This document shows positions 1-14,431 of a stretch of DNA of 64,000 nucleotides, in pieces. Positions within the stretch are counted from its first letter, which is position 1. Each line of letters opens with the position of its first letter. This DNA is from Amoebidium appalachense (taxonomy: Eukaryota > Protista > Ichthyosporea), in the NCBI GenBank assembly GCA_963693365.1, contig CAVNZM010000018.1, positions 801,861-865,860 of the forward strand, written 5' to 3'. The position numbers and the translations under genes were made by a program. The notes below the pieces were generated by a model that did no database searches, was not told the origin of the DNA, and worked only from the letters and a program-made list of their open reading frames with translations.

Positions 1-808
1 CTCATAACAAGAGGGGGCAGGGGGAGGGGGGGGGGGGGGGGGAAGGAAGACACATAGGAGACAGGGAGAGAGAGGGAGAGAGGAGGGGGGGGGAGATAGA
101 GGGAGACTCCGAGAGAAAGAGAGATAGAGGGAGAAAGGAGAGAGGGAAAGAGCGAGAGTCACATGCACACACACGGAAAAAAAGGAAGGAGGAAGAGGGG
201 AGAGGGGAGGGAGGGGGGAGTTGGGAGGGGAGAGAGAGACAGAGGGAGAGAGAGAGGGAGAGAGAGAGAAAGAGAAAGAGAGAGAGAGAGAGTGTGTGTG
301 TGTGTGTGTTTGTGCTTCGAGCAATTATTCAGCAACCGTTTGTGGGGCAACCAAAACCACCAATTCTGGTCTATATCTCACCGGTGCAGTTCTCACTGCA
401 TCATGGATATGGTAAGGCTGATCATCTGTCTTTGCCCAACTAGTACGAATCCTACTTGGCGAGGCTGTGCCGAAGCAATTGAGACTGTGATTGTGGGTCA
501 GACTTAAGCATTGTTGCAGAGCATAGTTGCGGCTTTTTTGATGGGGTCATTGCACTTTATTAGCCGCTCCCTCCGACCCATACGGCAACACGAAATGGAC
601 CCCATGGATATATACATCTACAGAAAATACGCACCCCTTTTGTTCACGTCAACTACTTACATGGGGATTATTATATAAATTGGCTCTTTCATTGGTGGAA
701 ACTGGCCATTGTAACGTACGTTGGGTAAATGCCGCCAAGTTTGGCTGAGCCAAGAAAATGTACTAGTACTGCTGCCAAAAAAAGTAGGTTACAGCTATAA
801 TCATTAAC

Positions 809-844
<36 letters not shown>

Positions 845-1326
845 ACTTCTTGCCCCCTTGCCCCACAACACACTCCGCCCGTCCTGGTGCGCCGCTACGC
901 CGTCACCACCACACTTCCTTCTAAGAACTTCTTAGCTGACGGTTGCCCTATTCAGAGCATACAAACTGGCGTGCTGCGATTATGTTGTAATAGATCGGCT
1001 GGAGATCACGCAATAGCACATCGATTTATTATTCCCTTTCTTGAGACCATTGTAGCTATTATTAGTAAAATGTAAAGACAATCCATTATATTAAAACTAT
1101 CAATATGTGTAAGGGCACCACACCCAAAAAGTGGTCTTCCATGCATATTCCATTCTTCATATGGCCAAACACATGACGGCCATTACGGCATATCAACGAA
1201 TATTTGACTCCGTGTTGGTCAAACACCTACCTCATCCAGCCCCCCCCCCCCCCCCCACACCACCCCTAACACACACATTCAGTACTACCCGTATCAGCAT
1301 TCTCACTCGCTCAGGCGGATCAATAC

Positions 1327-1357
<31 letters not shown>

Positions 1358-1509
1358 AAAAAAAAAAAGAAAAGGAAAGAAAAAAAAAGAGAGAAAGGAA
1401 AAAAAGGGCCACTCCATATATATTGCCAGGAAAACCGCCGCAGTATACCGATTTGCAGTTGGAAGAGGTGCCTCGGGGCATGCGCCCATCCCCCCATGTG
1501 TGGTTGCTG

Positions 1510-2082
1510 CTATTGGTAGCCGTAGCCCCCCTGCTGCATCCCCCTGTCAGGCCAGAGCCCCAATAGCACACCAACAGTGTGACATGTGCCTCGTGGAGGT
1601 AGCGGTTGGTGCCCTGCCACACAACACCTCCTTCTCCCCCAAATCCCACTGAAAAATCACTTGCATGCCTGCAAACACACACACCTGCACGAACATATGC
1701 AAGAGCACACACGCACATGCACGACGCGCACATACCTGCGCACACGCACACGCAAGCAAGCACGTACACACACCCATACGCACGCACGCACGCACGCACG
1801 CACGCACACACAAACACCCCCCCACACGCACGCACACACACATAAAACCACGAACACGCGCGCGCGCAACCACAAAAATTTGTAAACGAAAAAAAAAATT
1901 AACATCACAAAACAAGAATAAAAAGGGATGACAAAGAAACCTCCTCGGCTGCCCACCCTCCTCGGCTGCCCCCCTCCCCCCCTCCCCCCTCTCCCCCCCA
2001 CACACGCACACATGCACCCACGCCCTCGCGTTCAACCACACACGCACACACACATACTTACACACACACACATACGCACACG

Positions 2083-2159
<77 letters not shown>

Positions 2160-4680
2160 TGCGCCGCCTGGCTGGCCGTACTGTTGACCGTAGGCCTGTG
2201 GCTGATAGTAGCCCCCACCCTGCATATGCCCCCCACTTAGCCCCCACCCTACACATGCCCCATACTTAGCCCCCACCCTGCATATGCCCCCCACTTAGCC
2301 CCCACCCCCATTTTTCAACACTTACACCGCATGACCAGACATAATCATGTGTCCTCAACAACACCCCACTGTATCTCCTCCCCCCCCCCCCCCCACCCAT
2401 CTTTTCCCACCCACCCATGCACGCACGCCCCCCCCCCCCCTCCCCCCCTCCCCCCCTCCCCCCCTCCCCCCCCCCCCCCATCTCCAACAACACACACACC
2501 TGCATCGGCGCACCGTAACCTGCTGGTGATGCCATCCCAGTCTGTGGGTCCCCCCCCCCCCCCATAGTCAGCTGTTACCCCCCCCCCCCCCCCCCCCCCC
2601 CATCCTTCTACAGCTTTCTTTCTTCCATTTCCCGTCCCCGTGTTAGAAGTCATCGCCAGATTTGAATTGGCCAATCCAATTGCATTGCAAGAAATGTACA
2701 TCACACAGGCAGTTACCAAAAGACATGACACGACTGCCTGTGTGTGTGTTTATGGACAGGGCAAGACGGGTGGGAGCAGTTAGACGGGGCAGTTGAAATG
2801 GTCTCTCTCTCTCCCTTCCTCTCTCTCTCTCTCTATCTCTCATCCGCCCTCTCCCTCTCCCTCCCTCCCTCCCTCCCACTCTCTCTCTCTCCTTCCCTCC
2901 CACCCTCCCACCCTCTCTCTGTGTGTGTCTATAGCTCTCACCCACCCTACCTATCCCCCCCTCCCCCTCCCCCTCCCCCTCCCCCTCCCCTCCGCCTCTC
3001 CCCCTCCTTACTTACTGCTTGATAATGCATGTCATGTGTGGTGATAATGCATGTCATGTGTGGTGATAATGCATGCTGTTCATGTATGGTGATCATGTAT
3101 ATGTTAATATATGGTGATAATGCAAGTTCATGTATGGTGATAATGTATATGTTAATATGTGGTGATAATGCATGTTCATGTGTGGTGATAATACATGCTC
3201 ATGTGTAGTGATAATCATGTTCATGTGTAACAATGCATGTTCAAGTGTTTTGATAATGCATGCTCATGAGTGGTGACAAATCACGTGGTGAAAATGCATG
3301 TGGCGACCAAGCACGTGCGCGTGCGTGATGCCCCACCCACCTGACCCTGCAGGGCCAACTCTCCATCCTTTGCCAGGCGCAGGTAGAGGGCCTTAGTGCC
3401 GTGGAACTGTTCACTCAGCTGGCTCAGAGCCAGCTCCTTGTTCTGTGTGCACGTGTGAGTGCATGCACGCACATGCGTGTACACAAGAGTGTACGTGTGT
3501 GTGTACCAAGGGTATGCGGGTGTGTGCACCAAGGGTGTAAGTGTGTATAGCGTACATGTGCACGTGTGTGCACGTGGGTGCGCCTCGTTTCTGCTTGTGT
3601 GTGTAGATGTGTTTGGGTTTTTGCGATTGAAATATGCGCCACATAACGAATATTCCTACTTTTTTAATCGTTTTATAAAAAAGTATTATATTGTTGCGAA
3701 AGCTTCAGTTGTGTAATTATATAATGCCACATCAACTTGCATCCAGAATGGCCATTGAAACAACAATTCCTTCCAAGTACAAAACCACCACCAAATGGGT
3801 TCACATTGAAATGGGTAAGCTCGTTGGGTTCAAACCGAAATGGGTTGGCTCGTTGGGTTCAAATTAAGAAATGCATTGTGGCTTTTTGGAATTGAAATGG
3901 GCAAGGGGCACCAAAAGGATCAACAGAAGGTGCGTTGAGATTGAAATGAAATCGAAATTGCAATGGGGCGGGAGATGTACCGTGAGGGCATCCAGCTTTG
4001 CCTGGACCTTTGGCTTCATCTCACCCACCACCCTCTCATACAGCTGAAGGATATGGGGTCAGTGCATGCATGGTGGGGGCATAAAAACAATAAAAAAATA
4101 GGAACAAAAACAGGAACATGGGGACAGGCTAACAATAAACAGTAGGTAGGGCACACGGCCACAAAAGCAAACAAACACACGGGCACACGTGCGCGATAAG
4201 TTCTGCACGTTATCACACAGTTATGTCCGCTCACATGCATGATGTATGATGTATAACATACACTTGGGCATGCGTGAACAATATACACCGCACCATGAAC
4301 CCACCTCCCTACACTCATCTACTGTTCCGATATATTCCACATCCAAACCCATCTTCCCACTTCCCCACATATTTTCCGATTTGTCCCACATCATGATCTC
4401 TCACCCCCTCACACAGACATCTCTTTATTTATACTGCATATACCACCCCCCCCCCCCCCCCCCCCCCTCCACACACACACACAACCATCTTCTTAACCCA
4501 TTACACCCCCCCCCCCCCCCCCCCCCCCACCTGCTCTATCTCAGCATTGAATGATGTGTCTGTGGGTGTGGCCTGCGCCGTCAGCAGTTTGTCGAGCAGC
4601 CGGTCAATCAGTGCTGGGTCGATTGCCTGTAATGCCCACGTCACAACACACAAACATACAACAAATACATTCTCCATGCT

Positions 4681-4719
<39 letters not shown>

Positions 4720-5000
4720 AAAAAAGAAATAAGAAAAAAACAAAAAACAGCACCCACCACACGACCCCCCCCCCTCAAACCCCCTCCTTCCCCCCCCCCC
4801 CCCCCCCCTTCTTGCCCCCCCACACACTAGCAGCCACACAGCCACATACCATACACCATCTCCCCCCTCCTCCCACCCACCACCCAAACACCACCACAAC
4901 ACACACACACTAATCAAACCCCCACAGGCTGCACCTCACCCCCATGAAAGTGCAAGTGTGTGTAACTGGTGTTACGTGCTTTTGCCTTCGTGTGTGCGTG

Positions 5001-5043
<43 letters not shown>

Positions 5044-5299
5044 ACATGCACGTGCCTATACGAGTGTATGTACGTGCCACCATCAGTGGGTGCCGTGAAC
5101 ATGTGTGCAGATGCATCCAATTGCCCATGACAGTGCATGCACATGCACGTGCGCTACCTTGTCCTGTGCCCGTGCAGCCACAACCAGGGCCACGGGGTCC
5201 TCCCTGATGACTTCCACATAGTTGGACGGTATCAGCCCTACCTTGCCGTTGAGCTCCGCTGCATGATGGGGTTAGCACACGGTGAAGGCACAAGAGCGT

Positions 5300-5378
<79 letters not shown>

Positions 5379-6742
5379 GAAATCGTGGTATGTATGTGCC
5401 AACACACGCACGCACAGGCATATACGTGTGCATAGTCAGGCAGCACACATGGTCACCTATTTGTGTGCATGGGCACAGCAACACAATCATGCGTTCTTGC
5501 ACAACAATACGCATTCAGTTCAGGTGCTCGTGTATGCATGACGAACAGCAAACATGCTACGCACGTGCATGGACACAGAGCACACAGGCACACATGCAGG
5601 TGTGTACACAACCACAACCAACACACATGCACAGAAACAACATTTCGTGCACGCATTGCATGCACTGTGCACACATATATCTTTCACGCACACCACACAT
5701 ACAGCTAACCCCCCCCCCCCCCCCCCTCCCCTTCCCCGAAAAAAGCCGCAGACGCTCACAAACACACACACAAAAAAAAAAAACACCCAAAAACCCACAC
5801 ATGGACTCCCCCCCCCCCCCTCCCATCCTCCCTCCCTCCCTCCCCCCCCCCCCCCCCCCCCCCGCCACACACACCCACACCCACACCCCACCCCCTCACC
5901 CTTCCACCAGTCCGGGTGTGAGTCATCCAGCAGGGTAGCTATATCACCAGCCACTATGCCCAGCTCCCCCTCCTCCTGCACCTCAAACGTGTACAGCGCA
6001 CGCACATGCTTGCTGCTTGCCGCCTTGGCTGGCTCAGCCTGTGCAGGAAACAGTGTCAAATCGGCCACACATCAACACATTACTACGCCTATCGAACAAA
6101 AGACAAAAAGGAACCCCCCCCCCCCCCCCCAAAAAAAAAAAAAGGATCATACCCATGGTGTATGCACCATCAGGGGAAGAAGGGGGGAAGGGAGACAGCC
6201 CGACACAACTTCAACACGGCAGGCAGGGCTCCGGTTTTGTAACCACATGCATCCATGTGCCTCCCATGTTCCCCTGAACAACCCCCCCCCCCCCCTCCCC
6301 TCGCACACACACGCACCCCCCCCCCCTCCCATTTTTTCTCATTTCCTTTTCCCACACCACATCGACATCTTTGCTTCCCTTCCAGTTATTTTGTTCCCCC
6401 CCCCCCCCCTCCCGCCCAGGGCGACTAGCAAGAGGAGGAGGGAGGGGGGAAGGGCAGGGGAATGGGTGGGTGCGTGGGGTCGGGGGTCCACCTTTTGTGG
6501 TGCGGCTGCCACCGGTGTGTTTCCTGTGGGGTAGAGGGAGGAGGCCTGGGTGGGGGCTTTGGACTTCTCTGCCTCCTTAAGGGACTGTGGGCATGTGTCA
6601 GTGCTTGCAGGAGGTAGGTGGTGGTGGTGGTGGGGGGGGGGGGGGGGGGGGGGAGAGGGGGGACAGGGGGAGGGAGGGGGAAGGGGGGGGGGGGGAAGAG
6701 CTAACGGCACTGAACACCATGTCAGAACATAAGCGCATACGG

Positions 6743-6807
<65 letters not shown>

Positions 6808-9800
6808 CGTGTGTGCGGTGAGTATCTGTGTGGTGCCAAATGGGTCGGTGGAAAGAGAGCACAGGGATCTTGAATCAAATCTCTTGTGTGTGTCCATGCC
6901 GCAGGATACATGCACGTGCACCCGGGTGTGCATACAGGCCTACAAGTCTCCGTCTGCCCCTGTATGCACGTGCTGGATGCATGCACGCTTGAACACCTGA
7001 AATTCTGCATGTGTGCGCTTGCGTGCACTGGCGCCTGTGTGTGTACATGCGTGCTCTTCTTTGTGTGTGTATCCCTGTGAGTATGTATGCCTTTGTGTGT
7101 GCCTGTGTGTGTGGAAGTGTGAGTTTGCGAGTGTGTGCATGTGTGTGTGTGCCTGTGCGTGCGTGCGTGTGCGTCTCTGTGAGCACGTGTGTTTGTTGTG
7201 TTTGGCTTTGTGTGTCTGTGTGGTGTGCATGTGTGTTTGTGTGAAAGTGTGTGCCTGTGTATGTGTGCCCGCATGTGTGTCTGTGTTCCACTGTGTGTGA
7301 CTGTGTGCCTGTGCCTGTGTGTGTGTGCCTGTGCCTGTGTGCACGCACCTCCGCAATAGCCCGTGCCAGGTCTGCCTCCTCCTTTGCTGCTATGTCTGCT
7401 GCCGATGCATTCTGCCCAACAGTCAGCACCCACCACACCACACACGATGGAGAGACAGAGAGGGATAAATAAATAAATAAATAAAAAAAACCCCCCCCAA
7501 AAAAGGGGGGAAAAAAAGGGGGGGGGGGGGGGGGGAGGGGGCTCAAAATTTAAAAAGAAAAATCAGAGGAGCCCCCATCCTCGTACAGCCAACTCGAATT
7601 GTTTTTCCCCCCCCCCCCCCCCCCCTTCCCCCTTGACCGATCAATCTTTACGGCCCATTCCATTGGCCCATTGCCAATCCCCATGCACCATTCAGCACTC
7701 ACCGCTGGCAGTGGTGGCTCAGGGAATGGTCTGTCTGTCTTGGGGAACGAGTGGCCCTCGCTCTGTGTAAAAAGATGTCAGCACACACCTCCATTCTGCC
7801 CCGCCCCCGCCCCCCCCCCCCCCCCCCCCTCCTCCCCCGGAGGGGCAGGTATAGTACCCCACGATGCACCCCCTTTAAGGTATAGTACCCCACGATGCAC
7901 CCCCTTTAAGGTATAGTACCCCACGATGCACCCCCTTTAAGGTATAGTACCCCACGATGCACCCCCTTTAAGGTATAGTACCCCACGATGCACCCCCTTT
8001 AAGGTATAGTACCCCACGATGCACCCCCTTTAAGGTATAGTACCCCACGATGCACCCCCTTTAAGGTATGGTACCCCACGATGCACCCCCTTTAAGGTAT
8101 AGTACCCCACGATGCACCCCCTTTAAGGTATAGTACCCCACGATGCACCCCCTTTAAGGTATAGTACCCCACGATGCACCCCCTTTAAGGTATAGTACCC
8201 CACGATGCACCCCCTTCAAGGTATAGTACCCCACGATGCACCCCCTTCAAGGTATAGTACCCCACGATGCACCCCCTTCAAGGTATAGTACCCCACGATG
8301 CACCCCCTTCAAGGTATAGTACCCCACGATGCACCCCCTTCAAGGTATAGTACCCCACGATGCACCCCCTTTAAGGTATAGTACCCCACGATGCACCCCC
8401 TTTAAGGTATAGTACCCCACGATGCACCCCCTTTAAGGTATAGTACCCCACGATGCACCCCCTTTAAGGTATAGTACCCCACGATGCACCCCCTTTAAGG
8501 TATAGTACCCCACGATGCACCCCCTTTAAGGTATAGTACCCCACGATGCACCCCCTTTAAGGTATAGTACCCCACGATGCACCCCCTTCAAGGTATAGTA
8601 CCCCACGATGCACCCCCTTCAAGGTATAGTACCCCACGATGCACCCCCTTCAAGGTATAGTACCCCACGATGCACCCCCTTTAAGGTATAGTACCCCACG
8701 ATGCACCCCCTTTAAGGTATAGTACCCCACGATGCACCCCCTTCAAGGTATAGTACCCCACGATGCACCCCCTTCAAGGTATAGTACCCCACGATGCACC
8801 CCCTTTAAGGTATAGTACCCCACGATGCACCCCCTTCAAGGTATAGTACCCCACGATGCACCCCCTTCAAGGTATAGTACCCCACGATGCACCCCCTTCA
8901 AGGTATAGTACCCCACGATGCACCCCCTTTAAGGTATAGTACCCCACGATGCACCCCCTTTAAGGTATAGTACCCCACGATGCACCCCCTTTAAGGTATA
9001 GTACCCCACGATGCACCCCCTTTAAGGTATAGTACCCCACGATGCACCCCCTTTAAGGTATAGTACCCCACGATGCACCCCCTTTAAGGTATAGTACCCC
9101 ACGATGCACCCCCTTTAAGGTATAGTACCCCACGATGCACCCCCTTTAAGGTATAGTACCCCACGATGCACCCCCTTTAAGGTATAGTACCCCACGATGC
9201 ACCCCCTTTAAGGTATAGTACCCCACGATGCACCCCCTTTAAGGTATAGTACCCCACGATGCACCCCCTTCAAGGTATAGTACCCCACGATGCACCCCCT
9301 TTAAGGTATAGTACCCCACGATGCACCCCCTTTAAGGTATAGTACCCCACGATGCACCCCCTTTAAGGTATAGTACCCCACGATGCACCCCCTTTAAGGT
9401 ATAGTACCCCACGATGCACCCCCTTTAAGGTATAGTACCCCACGATGCACCCCCTTTAAGGTATAGTACCCCACGATGCACCCCCTTTAAGGTATAGTAC
9501 CCCACGATGCACCCCCTTTAAGGTATAGTACCCCACGATGCACCCCCTTTAAGGTATAGTACCCCACGATGCACCCCCTTTAAGGTATAGTACCCCACGA
9601 TGCACCCCCTTTAAGGTATAGTACCCCACGATGCACCCCCTTTAAGGTATAGTACCCCACGATGCACCCCCTTTAAGGTATAGTACCCCACGATGCACCC
9701 CCTTTAAGGTATAGTACCCCACGATGCACCCCCTTTAAGGTATAGTACCCCACGATGCACCCCCTTTAAGGTATAGTACCCCACGATGCACCCCCTTTAA

Positions 9801-10773
9801 GGTATAGTACCCCACGATGCACCCCCTTTAAGGTATAGTACCCCACGATGCACCCCCTTTAAGGTATAGTACCCCACGATGCACCCCCTTTAAGGTATAG
9901 TACCCCACGATGCACCCCCTTTAAGGTATAGTACCCCACGATGCACCCCCTTTAAGGTATAGTACCCCACGATGCACCCCCTTTACCCATCCCCCACAAC
10001 CCCAGGTGCCTGTACACGCACTCAGGCATTCACACCCATCTTCAGACTATTGTATGTGGTCTATGTGCGGGTATAAGTACACCACTTGTGCCTACAATAT
10101 CTGTTCGACACGGTTCTAAGCACCCACCTTGAGCCTGTTATAAATGGTGCATACGCATGTATAAGCACCCACCACGAGCCTGCTATAAATGGTGTATATA
10201 CATGCATAAGCACCCACCACGAGCCTGCTATAAGTGGTGTACGCCCACGTATAAGGCACCCACCATAAACCTATTATAGCTGGTGTGTATACATGTATAA
10301 GCACCCACCTTGAGCCTGTTATAAGTGCTGTATATTCTGGCCAGCTGTGCATTAGCGCCGTGGTCCAGCACCCAGTCCTGCAGCATGGCCTTGATCTCGC
10401 TGCACACCTTGCTGGGCGCATTGGTCTGCCAGCACACAGTCAGTACACCATTCTAATTACCCCCCCCCCCCCCCCCCCCCCCACTACCCCCTCCTCCTCC
10501 TCCCCCTCCCCCCCCCCAAAAAAAATAAAATAAAAACAAAAACAAAAATAAACAAAAGAAAACAAAGACACGAGCACTATAGCCTTCACTCACGTCACAT
10601 CCCCAATGTCCCCCCCCCCCCTCCCCCCCCCCCCCCCCCCCCCCCCTTCGACACCTTTCCGCCACCGCAAGCTCAATCATCTTCAAAGAAAACCCGCCTC
10701 GCAGCGCCCCCCCCCCCCCCTCCTTCCCCTCGGAGGGATGATAAACAAGGAAACACTATGGCACAAAGGTGCC

Positions 10774-10808
<35 letters not shown>

Positions 10809-12479
10809 AATAATAATAATAATAATAATAATCATAATCATAATAATCATAATAATAATAATAATAATAATAAAAACTTAAATGAGGTCGACTTTATATA
10901 AAATATATAGAATATAAATGATTGATATACACATAACTCAAAAAAACCCCTCAACACCCACCCACCCACCCATCTACCCCCCCCCCCCCAACCTTTGTCT
11001 GCAGCAGCCTGTGTATCTCGTCCATCAGCGGCTGCTGTGCACACTCCACCTGGAAGGCCTTGCCTCCGTTGTTGAACACCGCCTTCAACAGCTGCCCCGG
11101 ACACCCTCAGTAAAAAGAAGGGAAAAAAAGAAGAAGGGCCAGGAAAAAAAAAAAAAAAAGACCCCCCCCCCCCCCGATCTATACCCACTGCATATCTTGT
11201 GACGTTATCTACACATGTATCTTGTTAGGTATAAGCACTATTTGCGTTGGTGCTGGCACCTCACCGACACATTCACATGCATGCCGATAAAGAGAACAGA
11301 CCCCACCCTCAGCACACCATGCCGTGTGCGGCGTACTCGCTCTCTACCCTTCCCCCCCCCCCCCCCCCCCCCCTCCCGACCCAGATCATCCCTTCTCAAC
11401 ACCCTGTACCTGCCCCCGAGGAGTGATGCCCCCTCAAACACACACACACACATAAATCCCCCCCCCCCCCCCCCCCCCCCCCCCGAGCACACGTGCTGTG
11501 GCAATATTCCTTGCTTTCTTCCCCCTGCTTATTTTTACCGGTCAAGAGGATGCATAGTGCATACATACCACCACACTGACGGCAGCCACATTTGGGTTTG
11601 GGTTGTTGATGTTGCGCACCAACGCCTTAAGAGCGTCCTTGGCCCTGTGGTGTTTCACGTCAGATTGGTAGTGACACATTCCCCCACCCCCCCCCATCCC
11701 CCCCCCCCCCCCCCCCCCTTCCCCCTTCTTCCCCCCCCCCCCCCCCCCCGGCGCCCCCCCCCCTTTTCCCCATCACAACAGACAGCGATCAGGGGATTAT
11801 AAGTTGATCAGGTAAAGGCACCCGTTACCATCACCGAGCCGTTTGTCACGCTTTTCTATCTCCTTTTCCTGTTCCAATCGTGTGGTGGCATAGCAGGCAG
11901 CACACAGCATGTGTCAGTGAAACGATCACGGGGAGGGCTCGTGTTTGTGTGTGCCTCCGTGCATTCGTAAACTCGTGTTTCCTTTTGTAACCTTAAAGGA
12001 AGAAGAAAAAGGAGGAGGAGGGGGAAGAGAGGGGGGGGGGAGAAGGGAAGGCATTACGCACCCCTTCTCTTTGTCGGCAGCGACCCTGTCACACACCTCC
12101 ATAATCTTGCCCCAATCCTCCTGTCCTGACGACACCGTCTTGTCTGCCCCACCCAGTAATTGTCAGAACACACACACACGACATGCCGACGATCTGTAAA
12201 CATGAACCACCGAGAGATGGTGTGCCAAAGCGAAGAAGGAAACAACGAGAAATAGTGCACGCAGAACTGGATCTGAACCCTAAAGGCATCATGGCCCACC
12301 TACCAGGAGGTGGCATTGGAACAACCTACCTCCCCCCTCCTCCCTCTCCCCCCCCCCCCCCCCCCCCTTTTCTTCTTCTTCCTCCCATGGAACAACCCTA
12401 ACCCCCCCCAGCCTCCCCCTCCCTCCCCCCTTTTCTTTCTCCCATTGAACAATCTACCCTCCCTCCCCCCTCCCCCCCG

Positions 12480-12540
<61 letters not shown>

Positions 12541-12735
12541 AAAACAAAAAAAAACAATTTTTTTTTTTTTTTTTTCTTCCTCCCTCCTCTCCTTCCTCCT
12601 CCGCTCCCCTCTTCCCATTACCCCACCTAACCCCTTCCCCCTACTCCTTCAATTGCAACTTTGGGGGGAACTTCACCCATAAGGCTTACCGACGATGTCG
12701 TCATACGTGGAGGTCCCCTGGAAGGCGGCGTTCAT
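1510..12735 (-). CDS. STAM: STAM/Hse1 ESCRT-0 subunit (VHS-UIM-SH3-GAT/coiled coil, Q/G/Y-rich tail), 16 exons
   Basis: Exons reconstructed with GT-AG and matching phases: 12690-12735 (gccacc[18 protein letters not shown]), 12062-12143 ([13 protein letters not shown]), 11569-11644, 10993-11091, 10309-10425, 7703-7762, 7349-7411 ([15 protein letters not shown]), 6492-6584, 5900-6038 (SH3 VRALYTFE...DSHPDWWK), 5158-5258 (GLIPSNYV), 4531-4626, 3981-4043, 3341-3442, 2500-2541, ~2160-2219, 1510-1533 (QGGYGYQ*). The last exon is less certain. Confidence 0.93.
2212..2308. repeat. 29-bp tandem repeat (~3.3 copies) containing the branch point and acceptor of STAM exon 15
   Basis: Unit cccccaccctgcatatgccccccacttag; on the - strand CTAAG...GCAG|GGTGGGGG. 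Confidence 0.85.
3020..3300. repeat. Degenerate ~22-bp AT-rich intronic tandem repeat
   Basis: Repeated gtgataatgcatgt(t)catgtgtg variants. Confidence 0.75.
7847..9985. repeat. 31-bp minisatellite, ~69 copies, in STAM intron 5
   Basis: Unit AAGGTATAGTACCCCACGATGCACCCCCTT(T/C); near-perfect copies, no spacers. Confidence 0.98.
10116..10330. repeat. ~45-bp degenerate tandem repeat (5 copies) spanning the STAM exon 5 donor junction
   Basis: aagcacccaccttgagcctgttataa at ~10118 and ~10299, with diverged copies between. Confidence 0.85.
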
Positions 12736-13337
12736 GGTGGCGAGCGAATTTCGGTATGGATGTGTGTGTGTGCGTGTTTTTGTCTAATGTGCTTGGGTGC
12801 GTGTGGGAGTGTGTGAGTGTGCGTGCGCGCGTGTGCGAACGAGTGCGAGTGCGAGTGTGTCTATATGAGTGTGTCTAACCCCCACAAGTACGTTAGGCCA
12901 GAGCTTCGTCCCACAGCTTCATACAAACGCAAAAAACAAGCTTGTCGCGGAGCAGTAGAATATTACACACAGGACGACAGATCTCTTTTCCAAAACTCAT
13001 GCACATGCATTCAAAACCCATTTATTTCTCTCTCTATTCAAGTTGACACACCCGTGACCAGTAAAAAAAAAAAAAGCCGTTTTGATTTTGAAAAAGCTGA
13101 GTCACTGAAGTTGCTAAGTCGATGACGTAATCCTACCGCTAGTCTTTCGCATGCACCCCCCACAATGATGTAGTTGTTAGTCATCACGCTATAGACTAAC
13201 TACAGCCGCCAGTCGCTTGCTGTTCAAGATGGCCGTGGCTGTGCGTGCGTGCCTGCCTGTGCCTGTCTGTCTGCTTGGGCCCGCGTAAGACCTTTTTTTT
13301 CTGTGTGCGCTTTCGCTAGCAGCCGCACACACGCACG
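12736..13337. promoter_or_regulatory. Putative bidirectional promoter, STAM / NDUFS6
   Basis: Divergent ATGs ~600 bp apart; TGACGTAA (CRE/ATF-like) at 13123; CAAGATGGC (YY1-like) at ~13225. Confidence 0.55.
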
Positions 13338-14369
13338 ATGAGGGGCCTCTGTCGCTTGGTGCTCACTGTGCGGGCGCTGCCCGTTGCCGGCCAGGCTGCG
13401 CGTGGCCTGCACGTGAGCAGGGCCGCTGCGTCAAAGTTCAACGAGGCCGCTGAACACGCCCGCTACACAGGCGGGCGCACCAAGCAGGTACTTGTCTGCG
13501 TGTGCGTGTGCGCGTGGGTGTTCTGGGGTGCCAGCGGGCCTGGAAAGGAAGAATAAGATACACTGGTTTTTAAAGACTTGAAGTGTTTTAGATTCGTCAC
13601 CGGAGAGCCTGCATAGACGGGCGGTGCGAGAAGAGTAGAGGGGATGGCCAGGGAGAGAGAGAACGGGTGTGGGAATGGAAAGGGGAGAGGAGGGAGGAGG
13701 GGGGGGGGGGGGGGAGGGGAGAAAAGGGGTTGTGGAGTGTAGGCTTCGTACTTGTGCAACTCGAGAACCTGTTTTCTGCTGTGCAGTGGAGGGTGGCTTT
13801 AGCTTTGTGGTGGGGTTTGGTGTGTGCTTTGTGCAGGCCAGTTGGTGGCAAGGAGGTGCAAGGGAGGGAGAGGGCCGTATGCGGTTCCATCCGACCGCTT
13901 TAGTCCCGCCCCCCGCCCCCCCGCCCCCCCGCCCCTCCCCCCAACCACCTTTTATTCCTCCCCCCCTGCCCTCTTCTCCCTCCCTGCCTTTCCCGCTCTG
14001 CTCAGCTCTAATCGCTTATTTTGTTTTGTCCCACTCCCTGTTGGTTAACACATGTTTCCCTTCTGATTCGCTCAGGCCCTCGTAGTGTTGCGTGCCTGCT
14101 TGGCTTATTGCACAAGCGATAAAAGGGTCACTCAGCATCTGGTTGAAGAGGATCATTTGTCTACCTCGCCACCTCTTTGCTTACTATACTCTCTTTGCAC
14201 GTTCGGCTCTAGACGACAAGAAACGTTGAACTGACACGGAGTGATTTCCCCAGATGAACCCCAAGCCCGCTATTGAGCTTATTTCCAACGTGGTACCTAT
14301 CGAGGTTGACGGGCATACGGCAGCCTGTGATGGCGGTGGGTGCTCAAGAGAGGGGGGGGGGGGGGGAGG

Positions 14370-14431
<62 letters not shown>

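Noticed and set aside
300-1230. Unique sequence with ATGGATATG|GTAAGG near 404-417, possibly an exon
   Set aside because: No recognisable protein similarity or downstream partner exon could be established from the sequence alone.
7847-9985. CRISPR-like array of 31-bp repeats
   Set aside because: Units are contiguous with no unique spacers, there are no cas genes, and it lies in a eukaryotic intron.
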